This document shows, piece after piece, positions 33,008 through 41,710 of a stretch of DNA of 64,000 nucleotides (position 1 is its first letter; every line of letters starts with the position of its first letter). The notes under the pieces are model-generated. The model had not been told where the DNA came from. It made no database searches and saw only the letters and a list, made by a program, of their open reading frames with translations. The position numbers were made by a program, and so were the translations under genes. The DNA is from an uncultured Bacilli bacterium (GTDB lineage Bacteria > Bacillota_I > Bacilli_A > RF39 > UBA660). The stretch spans positions 10,800-74,799 of the forward strand of contig CAKPCU010000004.1 of assembly GCA_934148015.1 (NCBI GenBank), read 5' to 3'.

Positions 33008-34156
33008 ATGAAGAAATTAAATAAAAAAGGTGTTACATTAATAGAATTAATAGTTAGTTTTGCGATAGTTAGTGTTGCTATGATATATTTTTATCAAACT
33101 ATAGTTGATTTACATAGAATGTATAAAAATTCAAATAAAGCAACTGATGAATTTGTAAATAAAGATTATGCTTTAAGAGTACTTGATGCCTGGGCTACTA
33201 AATCAGGTAATAATTTAGACAATATTAAATCTACTGCAAGCGTTCAAACTAAAATTTGTGAAAAATACAGTATGTTTTGTGCTGATACTAAAACAGATGT
33301 AGATAGTACTAATATTGATTTTAAAAAAGTTACATTAAAAGATGAAGATGAAAAAATTGAAGTTATATACTATAAGTATAATAAATCTTTAATTACTGAA
33401 CAACTTGAATATTTAGGTGCATTAGTAGATGGTAATATCACGGATGTGTCAAAATTTGACAGTATAAAAGATAAAACTGATGTTTTGGAAGTTACTGTTG
33501 ACTCAGACACCAAAAAAATAAATTATATTATTAAAGATAGTGTTGGTAATGAAAAATACAGTATAACAAATAAAGATACAATAAATGAAATAATAAAAAA
33601 TAATGTGAAAGATAAACAAGAAACAAACATAAATACAGAAGTTCAAAAGTTAATGGGTCAAAATTATAACATTATAGAAAGCATTGAAATTGTTAAAGAA
33701 GATAGCGATGAATCAAAAAAAGAATATGCAAGAGTATATAATGTAGTAGATTCCTCAGGTAACGTGATAGCTAAAAATATTTATCAGATAGAAATAGTAG
33801 TAAATTTAGAGAATATGAATACTGAAGAGCTTAATAAAGAGCACATAATAAATGGAGTTAATGTGAAATCTATTAAATTTAATAAAGAAGGTTTATACAA
33901 ATTAAAATATTTAGTTTCAGCAGAGGATAAAAAATGTATGATTAGGTTAGATAGTACTACAAGCATACATTTTAATAAAGATAAGATTATTCAATTAGAT
34001 GGATTAACTATAAGTGATGTAAGCCGTGAAATAGAAGATAAAAATGTATATATAACACTTAATAAAATAAAATTAGAACAAACATCTGAGCTAAATTATA
34101 TGTCTTTTGGTGGAAAATGTACAATTAAACTAGTAGAAGCCTACAAATATAAATAA
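33008..34156 (+). CDS. Large minor pilin-like protein (prepilin-type N-terminus)
   Basis: MKKLNKKG|VTLIELIVSFAIVSV followed by a 350-aa unrecognised domain. Confidence 0.7.
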   Translation: MKKLNKKGVTLIELIVSFAIVSVAMIYFYQTIVDLHRMYKNSNKATDEFVNKDYALRVLDAWATKSGNNLDNIKSTASVQTKICEKYSMFCADTKTDVDSTNIDFKKVTLKDEDEKIEVIYYKYNKSLITEQLEYLGALVDGNITDVSKFDSIKDKTDVLEVTVDSDTKKINYIIKDSVGNEKYSITNKDTINEIIKNNVKDKQETNINTEVQKLMGQNYNIIESIEIVKEDSDESKKEYARVYNVVDSSGNVIAKNIYQIEIVVNLENMNTEELNKEHIINGVNVKSIKFNKEGLYKLKYLVSAEDKKCMIRLDSTTSIHFNKDKIIQLDGLTISDVSREIEDKNVYITLNKIKLEQTSELNYMSFGGKCTIKLVEAYKYK

Positions 34157-34166
34157 TTGATTTTTA

Positions 34167-34194
34167 GGATAGCAAACCTTTTGCTGTCCTTTTG
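34167..34194 (+). terminator. Rho-independent terminator after the minor pilin pair
   Basis: GGATAGCAA-ACCT-TTGCTGTCC (one G-T pair) then TTTT. Confidence 0.6.
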
Positions 34195-34298
34195 TTATGA
34201 AGAAATAAAATAAAATTTATATGTCTAGACTTGATGTTAAACATAATTTATTGTAAACTAGTATTGTTTATACTTGTTAGAGTAGTTAGAAGAAGTGG

Positions 34299-37200
34299 GT
34301 GATTAAAGTGCATGATAAATTGAAATTACTACTTAGTAAAATTAATTTGCCTGATAATTATTATGAAGCATTTAATAACGGAAAAATACTTAAATTAAGG
34401 TTAGATAATGCAAGACGTAATGGTACATTTGTTGTTGAATTAGATAATATATTACCTAGTAATATACTATTGTTTGTTAATGAAAATATTAAAAATGGGT
34501 TTCCTGATATGGATTCTATGAAAATAGAGTTTGTTATTAAAAATATTAATTATAATGACTCAGTTAATTTTTATAAAGAAGCTATAGATAGTAGTACTTT
34601 AGCTAAACCTATGAAAGAGTTATTTATAGAAAAGAAAGTTTTATATGATGATAATTATTTAGTTATTGAAATAGATAATGTTGCAGAAAAGAGTATATTA
34701 GAAAATCATTTAGATAGTATTATTTCTTATTATAAAAAATTAGGATTTAATGATATTAAGATTAAGACTTTTATTAATAAAGAAAATTCTTTAAAGGTAA
34801 AAAAAGAGTTAGAAGATGAAATAAAAAATGAAACTATTACACCTATTAAAAAAGAAGAAAGTAATATACTTTATGGGGATGAAATAAAAGCTAGTACTAT
34901 TACTAGTATTAAAGATATTATTGCAGAAGATGGTAATGTAACTGTTGAAGCTTTTGTATTTGGAGTAGAAGAGTTTGAGTCTAGTAAAAGTAATTTTAAG
35001 ATATTAACTTTTAAAATTAGTGATAAGACTGATAGTATTTTTGCTAAACTTTTTACTAAGGAAGCTGATGTATTTAAAAAATTATCTAAGTCTATGAAGT
35101 CTGGATGGTTTAGAATAAATGGTTATGTTAAGCAAGATATATATTCTCATGATTTAGTTTTAAATATAAGACATGTTAATAAAATAGCATCGAAAGATGT
35201 AAAAGTAGTGGATGATGCCGAAATAAAAAGAGTAGAACTTCATGCTCATACTATGATGAGTCAAATGGATGGAGTAACTAAACTTGATCTTGGTAAACAT
35301 ACTTGTGAACTTGTATCGCGTGCAATTGATATGGGATACCGTGGTGTTGCTATAACTGACCATAATGGATGTCAAGCATTTCCTATAGCATATTCTATTA
35401 TCAAAGCTCATAATAAAAAAATAGAAGATAAATCTAAACATTTTAAAGGACTTTATGGTACAGAGCTTACTTTAGTTGATGATACTGTAAATATTGTTAT
35501 AAGACCTACTAATAAAAAATTACTTGAAGAAACTTATGTTGTTTTTGATACTGAGACAACTGGTTTTAATGCTGCAACTAATGATCAAATGATTGAAATT
35601 GGTGCTGTAAAACTTAAAAAAGGGGAAATTATAGATTCATTTGATGAGTTAATTGATCCTAAAAGACATATTCCAGAAAAGATTACCAATTTAACTTGTA
35701 TTACTGATGCCATGGTAGCAGGTCATGATACAGAAGATGTAGTAACTAAAAAGTTTTTAGAATGGATAGGAGATGCTACTTTAGTTGCACATAATGCTAA
35801 GTTTGATATATCATTTTTAGAAATGGCTATGAAAAAATATAACTTAGGCACATTAACTAATACGGTAGTTGATACATTAGAGTTATCAAGAGTATTAGAT
35901 CAAGGTTATGCAAGACATGGACTTTCTGCATTAGTTAAAAGATACAATGTACCATGGGAAGAAGATGCTCACCATAGAGCAGATTATGATGCTAAAGGAA
36001 CAGCACTTGTTTTTGCTAAAATGCTAGATAAATTAGATTCTCAAAACTATGAAATAATAAGTGATTTAGAAAGACTAATACCTAAAGATGAAATTCATAA
36101 GTTTGGTAGAACTTATCATTTTAATGCAATAGCTAAAAATAAAACTGGTCTTAAAAACTTATTTAAGATAATATCACTTGCTAATACAGTTTACTTATAT
36201 AAAACTCCTAGAATATTAAGAAGTAAATTAGAAGAGTTAAGAGAGGGTTTATTAATTGGTAGTGGTTGTTATGAATCAGAAGTATTTACGTTAGCTAGAA
36301 GTAAAGAAGGGGAAGAGTTAAATAACATAATTAATTTTTATGATTATGTAGAAGTACAACCTCCAGAAGTTTATTCTCATCTATTACAAATGAGTGATTT
36401 TAAAGATGAAGAAGAACTTAAAAATCATATTAGAAAAGTAATTGAAGAAACTAAAGCAGCTGGTAAATTAATTGTTGCAACAGGTGATGTACATCATTTC
36501 TTAAGAGAAGATAAAATATATAGACAAATTATTGTTAATCAAAAAGTACCTGGTGGTGGAAGACATCCTTTAGCAAGAGAAGCAATAAAAGAAATTCCAT
36601 CACAACATTTTAGAACTACAAATGAAATGTTAAGTGATTTTGACTTTTTAGGAAAAGAACTTGCTAATGAAATAGTTGTTACTAATACTAATAAATTTCT
36701 TGATTTAGTTGATGAATTAGAAGTTATTATAGATACTGGTGGTGTACCTTTTTCTCCTAGAATTAAAAGTGATGATGGCCTATCTTACCTAGATTGCCCA
36801 CGTGTTGTAACAGACTTAGTATATGAAAAAGCAGCTTCTTGGTATGGAAAACCTCTTCCACATAATATAGAAGAGAGAATTGCAATAGAGTTATATGGTA
36901 ATATTGTATATACTGCTTGTAGTTATAAAATAAAAGAAGAAAAGCCTGATATAGATGATGATACTTTAACTAATGAAACATTTGATATGATGCATGAGGT
37001 AATAGTAAATGGTTTTGATTCTGTTAAAAGTTTATTAAAAGAATATTTAACTAAAACTTGGGATAGTAAGGAAGAATTAACTGAAGAATTATTAGAAAAA
37101 AAGATGAAAAATGAATTAGGTGGTGTTATAGGAGCAGGGTTTGATCCTATATATCTAATTGCTCAAAGGTTAGTTAAACACTCTAATGATGATGGCTATT

Positions 37201-38906
37201 TAGTTGGTTCTCGTGGTTCTGTAGGTTCATCATTTGTTGCTACAATGATGGGTATAACAGAAGTTAATCCACTTCCAGCTCATTATAGATGTTTAAATTG
37301 CAAGCATAGTATATTTGATTTTGACGATGGTACTCCTTTAGGTAAACAGTATTCAACAGGATTTGACCTTCCTGATAAATTATGTCCTTGTTGTGGACAG
37401 AAGTTATATAAAGATGGACAAGATATGCCGTTTGCAACATTCCTTGGATTTAATGCTGATAAAGTTCCTGATATAGATCTTAACTTTAGTGATTTAAACC
37501 AAGCTTCTGCTCATGCTTATACCAAAGTATTATTTGGAGCTGATAACGTATATAGAGCAGGAACAATTGGTACTGTTGCAGAAAAAACAGCTTATGGATT
37601 TGTCAAAGGATATTTAGAAGATAAAGGGATAAATAAAAGGGGAGCTGAAGTAGAACGTTTGGCACTTGGTTGTACTGGAGTTAAAAGAACAACAGGACAG
37701 CATCCTGGTGGTATTGTTGTTATTCCAGATTATAAAGAAGTATTTGATTTTACACCATTCCAATATCCAGCAGAAGATGCTAAAAGTGCATGGAGAACAA
37801 CACACTTTGATTATCACTCTATAGAAGAGTGCGTACTTAAGCTTGATATATTAGGACACTCTGATCCAACTCAGCTTAGAATGATACAAGATTTAACACA
37901 TACTGATATTACTAAAGTACCATTAGATGATAAAGATACTATGAGTATTTTTACATCTACTAAGGCACTTGGTGTTACAAATGAACAAATAATGAATAAA
38001 ACAGGTACTTTAGGTATTCCAGAATTTGGTACTAATTTTACTATTGGAATGGTTTATGAAACAAAACCTACAACCTTTGCCGAATTAATTAAAATATCAG
38101 GTTTATCTCATGGTACTGATGTTTGGCTTGGTAATGCTCAAGAGTTAATTAAAAATAATATAGTACCATTTAAAGATGTTATAGGGTGTCGTGATGATAT
38201 AATGGTATATTTAATGTATCATGGTGTAAAGCCTATTAAAGCATTTAAAATAATGGAGTTTGTTCGTAAAGGAAAAGCTTCTAAAGATCCAGAAACATGG
38301 AAAGAACACAAGCAAACTATGATTGATGCTAATATACCAGATTGGTTTATTGATTCTTGTGGTAAGATTAAGTACATGTTCCCAAAAGCTCATGCTGCTG
38401 CATATGTTATATCGGCATTTAGAATAGCATGGTATAAGGTTCATATGCCTGTATACTTTTATGCTTCATGGCTTACTTCTAAGGCAACTGATGTTGATGT
38501 AGATGCTATGATAAAAGGTTATGAAGCTATTAAAAGTAAAATTATAGATATACAAAATAAAGGTTTTGATGCAACTAATAAAGAGATGGGACAATTAGAA
38601 AGTCTTAAAGTATGCTTAGAAGCTTGTGCAAGAAAAATTAACTTCTTACCAATAGATTTATATAAAAGCGAGGCAACTATTTGGAAAGTAAAAGATGATA
38701 ATAATGTATATCCTCCATTTTCTTCAATAGATGGATTAGGTGATACAGTAGCTCTTAAAATAGTTGAAGAAAGAAAAAAAGGAGAGTTTATTAGTATAGA
38801 AGATTTACAAGTAAGAGCTAAAATATCTGCTACGTTAATTGATAAGATGCGTATGATGGGTATTTTAGATAATATGCCAGAGTCTAGTCAGTTATCACTT
38901 TTTTAA
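34299..38906 (+). CDS. polC: DNA polymerase III PolC-type
   Basis: PHP (HAHTMMSQMDG), exonuclease (VVFDTETTGF), Zn finger and polymerase core (DGYLVGSRGSVGSSF). The true start may be GTG 34308, downstream of AAGTGGGTGA. Confidence 0.97.
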   Translation: MIKVHDKLKLLLSKINLPDNYYEAFNNGKILKLRLDNARRNGTFVVELDNILPSNILLFVNENIKNGFPDMDSMKIEFVIKNINYNDSVNFYKEAIDSSTLAKPMKELFIEKKVLYDDNYLVIEIDNVAEKSILENHLDSIISYYKKLGFNDIKIKTFINKENSLKVKKELEDEIKNETITPIKKEESNILYGDEIKASTITSIKDIIAEDGNVTVEAFVFGVEEFESSKSNFKILTFKISDKTDSIFAKLFTKEADVFKKLSKSMKSGWFRINGYVKQDIYSHDLVLNIRHVNKIASKDVKVVDDAEIKRVELHAHTMMSQMDGVTKLDLGKHTCELVSRAIDMGYRGVAITDHNGCQAFPIAYSIIKAHNKKIEDKSKHFKGLYGTELTLVDDTVNIVIRPTNKKLLEETYVVFDTETTGFNAATNDQMIEIGAVKLKKGEIIDSFDELIDPKRHIPEKITNLTCITDAMVAGHDTEDVVTKKFLEWIGDATLVAHNAKFDISFLEMAMKKYNLGTLTNTVVDTLELSRVLDQGYARHGLSALVKRYNVPWEEDAHHRADYDAKGTALVFAKMLDKLDSQNYEIISDLERLIPKDEIHKFGRTYHFNAIAKNKTGLKNLFKIISLANTVYLYKTPRILRSKLEELREGLLIGSGCYESEVFTLARSKEGEELNNIINFYDYVEVQPPEVYSHLLQMSDFKDEEELKNHIRKVIEETKAAGKLIVATGDVHHFLREDKIYRQIIVNQKVPGGGRHPLAREAIKEIPSQHFRTTNEMLSDFDFLGKELANEIVVTNTNKFLDLVDELEVIIDTGGVPFSPRIKSDDGLSYLDCPRVVTDLVYEKAASWYGKPLPHNIEERIAIELYGNIVYTACSYKIKEEKPDIDDDTLTNETFDMMHEVIVNGFDSVKSLLKEYLTKTWDSKEELTEELLEKKMKNELGGVIGAGFDPIYLIAQRLVKHSNDDGYLVGSRGSVGSSFVATMMGITEVNPLPAHYRCLNCKHSIFDFDDGTPLGKQYSTGFDLPDKLCPCCGQKLYKDGQDMPFATFLGFNADKVPDIDLNFSDLNQASAHAYTKVLFGADNVYRAGTIGTVAEKTAYGFVKGYLEDKGINKRGAEVERLALGCTGVKRTTGQHPGGIVVIPDYKEVFDFTPFQYPAEDAKSAWRTTHFDYHSIEECVLKLDILGHSDPTQLRMIQDLTHTDITKVPLDDKDTMSIFTSTKALGVTNEQIMNKTGTLGIPEFGTNFTIGMVYETKPTTFAELIKISGLSHGTDVWLGNAQELIKNNIVPFKDVIGCRDDIMVYLMYHGVKPIKAFKIMEFVRKGKASKDPETWKEHKQTMIDANIPDWFIDSCGKIKYMFPKAHAAAYVISAFRIAWYKVHMPVYFYASWLTSKATDVDVDAMIKGYEAIKSKIIDIQNKGFDATNKEMGQLESLKVCLEACARKINFLPIDLYKSEATIWKVKDDNNVYPPFSSIDGLGDTVALKIVEERKKGEFISIEDLQVRAKISATLIDKMRMMGILDNMPESSQLSLF

Positions 38907-38920
38907 GAAAGAGGAACTAT

Positions 38921-39472
38921 ATGAAAATAATAAGTGGAAAATATAAAGGAAAAGTACTAAAAGGATTTGATATTAATGGTACTAGACCTACAATGGATAG
39001 AGTAAAAGAATCAGTATTTGCAATGATACAAGATTATATAAGGGATAGTATAGTATTAGACTTATATTCTGGAAGTGGTAATTTAGCTATTGAATCTATT
39101 AGTAATAATTGTAAATATGCATACTTAGTAGATATAAATAAAAAAGCTATTAATATTATCAATGATAATATTAATAGCCTTAAAATAGATAATTGTAAAA
39201 TGATAAATGATAGTGCTATAAGTTCTTTAAATAATTTTATAAATAATAATATATCATTTGATATTATCTTTTTAGATCCACCATATAATACTGATGAAAT
39301 AGATAAAACATTAACTATAATAAATAGTAATATATGCTTATTAAATGATAATGCAATTATAATATGTGAAACTACTATAAATATAGACTATACTAAATAT
39401 AATAATTTAACTATATATAAACAAAGAAAATATGGACAAAAAAATGTTACTATATTAAAGAATGTAAATTAA
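38921..39472 (+). CDS. rsmD: 16S rRNA (guanine966-N2)-methyltransferase RsmD
   Basis: RPTMDRVKESVFAMI, DLYSGSGNLAIES, IFLDPPY. Confidence 0.85.
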   Translation: MKIISGKYKGKVLKGFDINGTRPTMDRVKESVFAMIQDYIRDSIVLDLYSGSGNLAIESISNNCKYAYLVDINKKAINIINDNINSLKIDNCKMINDSAISSLNNFINNNISFDIIFLDPPYNTDEIDKTLTIINSNICLLNDNAIIICETTINIDYTKYNNLTIYKQRKYGQKNVTILKNVN

Positions 39473-39485
39473 AAGATAATAATAA

Positions 39486-39514
39486 TTGAATAATTAATAA
39501 TTAAATGTTATTAT
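39486..39514 (+). promoter_or_regulatory. Candidate SigA promoter of the 306-aa pilin gene
   Basis: TTGAAT-N17-TATTAT with TG at -15/-14. Confidence 0.45.
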
Positions 39515-39535
39515 TATAATACAAGGAGTGTTTTT

Positions 39536-40456
39536 ATGAAGAGAAAAAGTAATGGATTTACACTGATAGAATTATTAGCAGTAATAGTAATACTTGGTAT
39601 TATAATAACAATTGTAGTAACAAATGTAGTTAAATATATTGGAAAAGCAAGAGAAGGTGCATTTAAAGATACTTATTCTAAAGTACTTAGAGATGTAAAA
39701 AATAAAATAGCTTTAAAGAATTTAGGAGATACTACAGAAGAAGTGGAGTGTAGAGATTATTCAGAATGTGCTAGTTTATATGATGTATCAACAAATGATG
39801 TAAATCTTATAGTAACTAAAGTAAATGAAAATTACATAGTTAATATGGAAGGAAAAGGTAGCTATGCTGGTATATCAATGGAAGAATCTACTTGTCCTAA
39901 GAATTCATATTGTAGTACAAATTCTATCTCCTCAAATATTTCATCAAATGGAGAAGAAAAAGAAACTAATATAGGAAGTTTACTAGTTTTAAATGTAAAG
40001 AATAAAAATCCTATAAATTGTAGTAGTGGTGAAGCTTGTAGTAAGTATGGAGAAAAAATTACAGAAATAATATCTAGTACTGGTGGATATGCGGTAACTC
40101 AAGAGAGTGAAATAATAATATATGATAAAAATGGAAATATATTAACTACTACTGATCAAGCCAAAGCTCAAAAGTATAAGAATTTGATAAGTTTGACTAG
40201 AGGTGCAGATAATGATAAAGTTTATAATGATAATACACGTATTACATGTGATAATGAAAATGCTTATTATAAAAGAAGCTCGAAATATAATAACATTGAT
40301 GAAGTTTATTTATATAATGAGAAATTGATTAATTCCGAATATAAATATTTATATTATCTTAACGAAGATAAAACTAAAAAAACACGATTGTTTATATTTA
40401 AATGTGCTGGAAAATTTTCAAATACTCATAGTAATTATAAAGAATGGACTAGCTAG
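39536..40456 (+). CDS. Type IV pilin-like protein, 306 aa (large C-terminal domain)
   Basis: MKRKSNG|FTLIELLAVIVILGIIITIVVTNVVKYI. The N-terminal protein sequence matches the downstream cassettes but uses different codons. Confidence 0.85.
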   Translation: MKRKSNGFTLIELLAVIVILGIIITIVVTNVVKYIGKAREGAFKDTYSKVLRDVKNKIALKNLGDTTEEVECRDYSECASLYDVSTNDVNLIVTKVNENYIVNMEGKGSYAGISMEESTCPKNSYCSTNSISSNISSNGEEKETNIGSLLVLNVKNKNPINCSSGEACSKYGEKITEIISSTGGYAVTQESEIIIYDKNGNILTTTDQAKAQKYKNLISLTRGADNDKVYNDNTRITCDNENAYYKRSSKYNNIDEVYLYNEKLINSEYKYLYYLNEDKTKKTRLFIFKCAGKFSNTHSNYKEWTS

Positions 40457-40473
40457 AAAAACATAAATTAATA

Positions 40474-40501
40474 AACAGCATTTTAGTAATGTTGTTTTTT
40501 T
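40474..40501 (+). terminator. Rho-independent terminator after the 306-aa pilin gene
   Basis: AACAGCAT-TTTAGTA-ATGTTGTT (one G-T pair) followed by T7. It insulates cassette A from upstream transcription. Confidence 0.6.
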
Positions 40502-40521
40502 GTACTTTCTTTTCTTAATTC

Positions 40522-40690
40522 TATTTTTTAAGCAACTATCTTAAGGATAAAAAGTGTTTAAAAAATAAAAGAAAGAAGGAAAAAATTATGAAAAAAAATA
40601 AAAAAGGTTTTACTTTAATTGAATTACTAGCTGTTATTGTTATACTTGGTATTATTATTACTATCGTTGTAAGTAACGTTGTTAAGTATA
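40522..40690 (+). repeat. Pilin 5' module copy L1 (leader + RBS + codons 1-34)
   Basis: ..AAGCAACTATCTTAAGGATAAAAAGTGTTTAAAAAATAAAAGAAAGAAGGAAAAAATTATGAAAAAAAATAAAAAAGGTTTTACTTTAATTGAATTACTAGCTGTTATTGTTATACTTGGTATTATTATTAC... Near-identical to L2-L4. The inner end is approximate. Confidence 0.9.
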
Positions 40691-41085
40691 TTAATAAAGC
40701 AAGAAAGGGTTCTTATGTTGATGCATACAAGGTTTTAGTAAAAGATATGCAAACACAATTAATGGCTAATGAGATGGACAATGGAACAGCTAGTTTAGCG
40801 ATATGTAATGATAATAGTACGGTTTCTGAAATTAAAAAACGTGTAAATAAAAATGATTATAAGGGTTCTTATAAAGAAGAAACTTTAAAAATGCAAGTAG
40901 AAGCATGGAAAACTGGTGAAAAATTAAATGGGTACACTGTTACTATTAATCCGGGAAGTAATTTTAGTTCTGTAACTAGTATTACATGTCCTGTTGTTAG
41001 TTCTTCGGGTGTTAAAAGTGCTTGTGCTGGAGCTGAAATTAGAATACACTTAGCATTAGATGGTACTATAACAAGTGGAAGATAA
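40588..41085 (+). CDS. Type IV pilin, variant cassette A (165 aa)
   Basis: MKKNKKG|FTLIELLAVIVILGIIITIVVSNVVKY constant N-terminus. Body about 90% identical to cassette A'. Confidence 0.9.
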   Translation: MKKNKKGFTLIELLAVIVILGIIITIVVSNVVKYINKARKGSYVDAYKVLVKDMQTQLMANEMDNGTASLAICNDNSTVSEIKKRVNKNDYKGSYKEETLKMQVEAWKTGEKLNGYTVTINPGSNFSSVTSITCPVVSSSGVKSACAGAEIRIHLALDGTITSGR

Positions 41086-41086
41086 T

Positions 41087-41132
41087 TAAAAAAATACTAT
41101 AATGAAGATCAATATTTCATTATAGTATTTTT
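41087..41132. terminator. Bidirectional terminator T1 shared by cassettes A and B
   Basis: A run, perfect 13-bp stem ATACTATAATGAA/TTCATTATAGTAT, loop GATCAATAT, T run. Same element as 43338..43383. Confidence 0.8.
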
Positions 41133-41143
41133 ATTTGTGTTTC

Positions 41144-41611
41144 TTATTCAGAATCTTTTAATTCTCCTTCTGGACTCATATACAAAATTACTGTGCCTTT
41201 AGCTATAGGACTACCATTACCACATTTCGCATGATTAGGACAATATTTTCCACTAATGTCTAAATCTTTAAAACTATTTGTACCTTTTATTGTAATTACA
41301 TGATTACTTTTACCAGTTTGAACAGCAGCAATTATTATATCCATGTTTGATGAATCATAATCATAGATTCCTTTGCATGCAGTAGCTGTAGTACATGTTG
41401 TTACAGTTCCATCGCCTCCTTCAACTGCTTCTGACATAAGGGAATTTTGAACATTTTTAACAAATACACCAACTGCATCTTTATAAGAACCCTGCCTAGC
41501 TTGTTTAACATACTTAACAACATTACTTACAACAATAGTAATAATAATACCAAGTATAACAATAACAGCTAGTAATTCAATTAAAGTAAAACCTTTTTTA
41601 TTTTTTTTCAT
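41144..41611 (-). CDS. Type IV pilin, variant cassette B (155 aa)
   Basis: Same 34-aa N-terminus; distinct C-terminal body related to B' (roughly half the residues shared by eye). Confidence 0.9.
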   Translation of the reverse strand: MKKNKKGFTLIELLAVIVILGIIITIVVSNVVKYVKQARQGSYKDAVGVFVKNVQNSLMSEAVEGGDGTVTTCTTATACKGIYDYDSSNMDIIIAAVQTGKSNHVITIKGTNSFKDLDISGKYCPNHAKCGNGSPIAKGTVILYMSPEGELKDSE

Positions 41612-41673
41612 ATTTTTTTCCTTCTTTCTTTTATTTTTTAAACACTTTTTATCCTTAAGATAGTTACTTAAAT
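41509..41673 (-). repeat. Pilin 5' module copy L2 (inverted relative to L1 and L3)
   Basis: The reverse complement reads TTTAAGTAACTATCTTAAGGATAAAAAGTGTTTAAAAAATAAAAGAAAGAAGGAAAAAAATATGAAAAAAAATAAAAAAGG... The inner end is approximate. Confidence 0.9.
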
Positions 41674-41683
41674 TTTATATAAT
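41655..41683 (+). promoter_or_regulatory. Candidate promoter of the recombinase gene, straddling the L2 boundary
   Basis: TTAAGA (inside repeat L2)-N17-TATAAT (unique DNA), 28 nt upstream of the int ATG. Confidence 0.4.
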
Positions 41684-41710
41684 AGCTTCCTAGAAAGGAG
41701 CAAATACTAT

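Noticed and set aside
40798-41040. Diversity-generating retroelement as the source of the A/A' variable patches
   Set aside because: No reverse transcriptase or template repeat is present. The substitutions are not adenine-specific, and they include indels.
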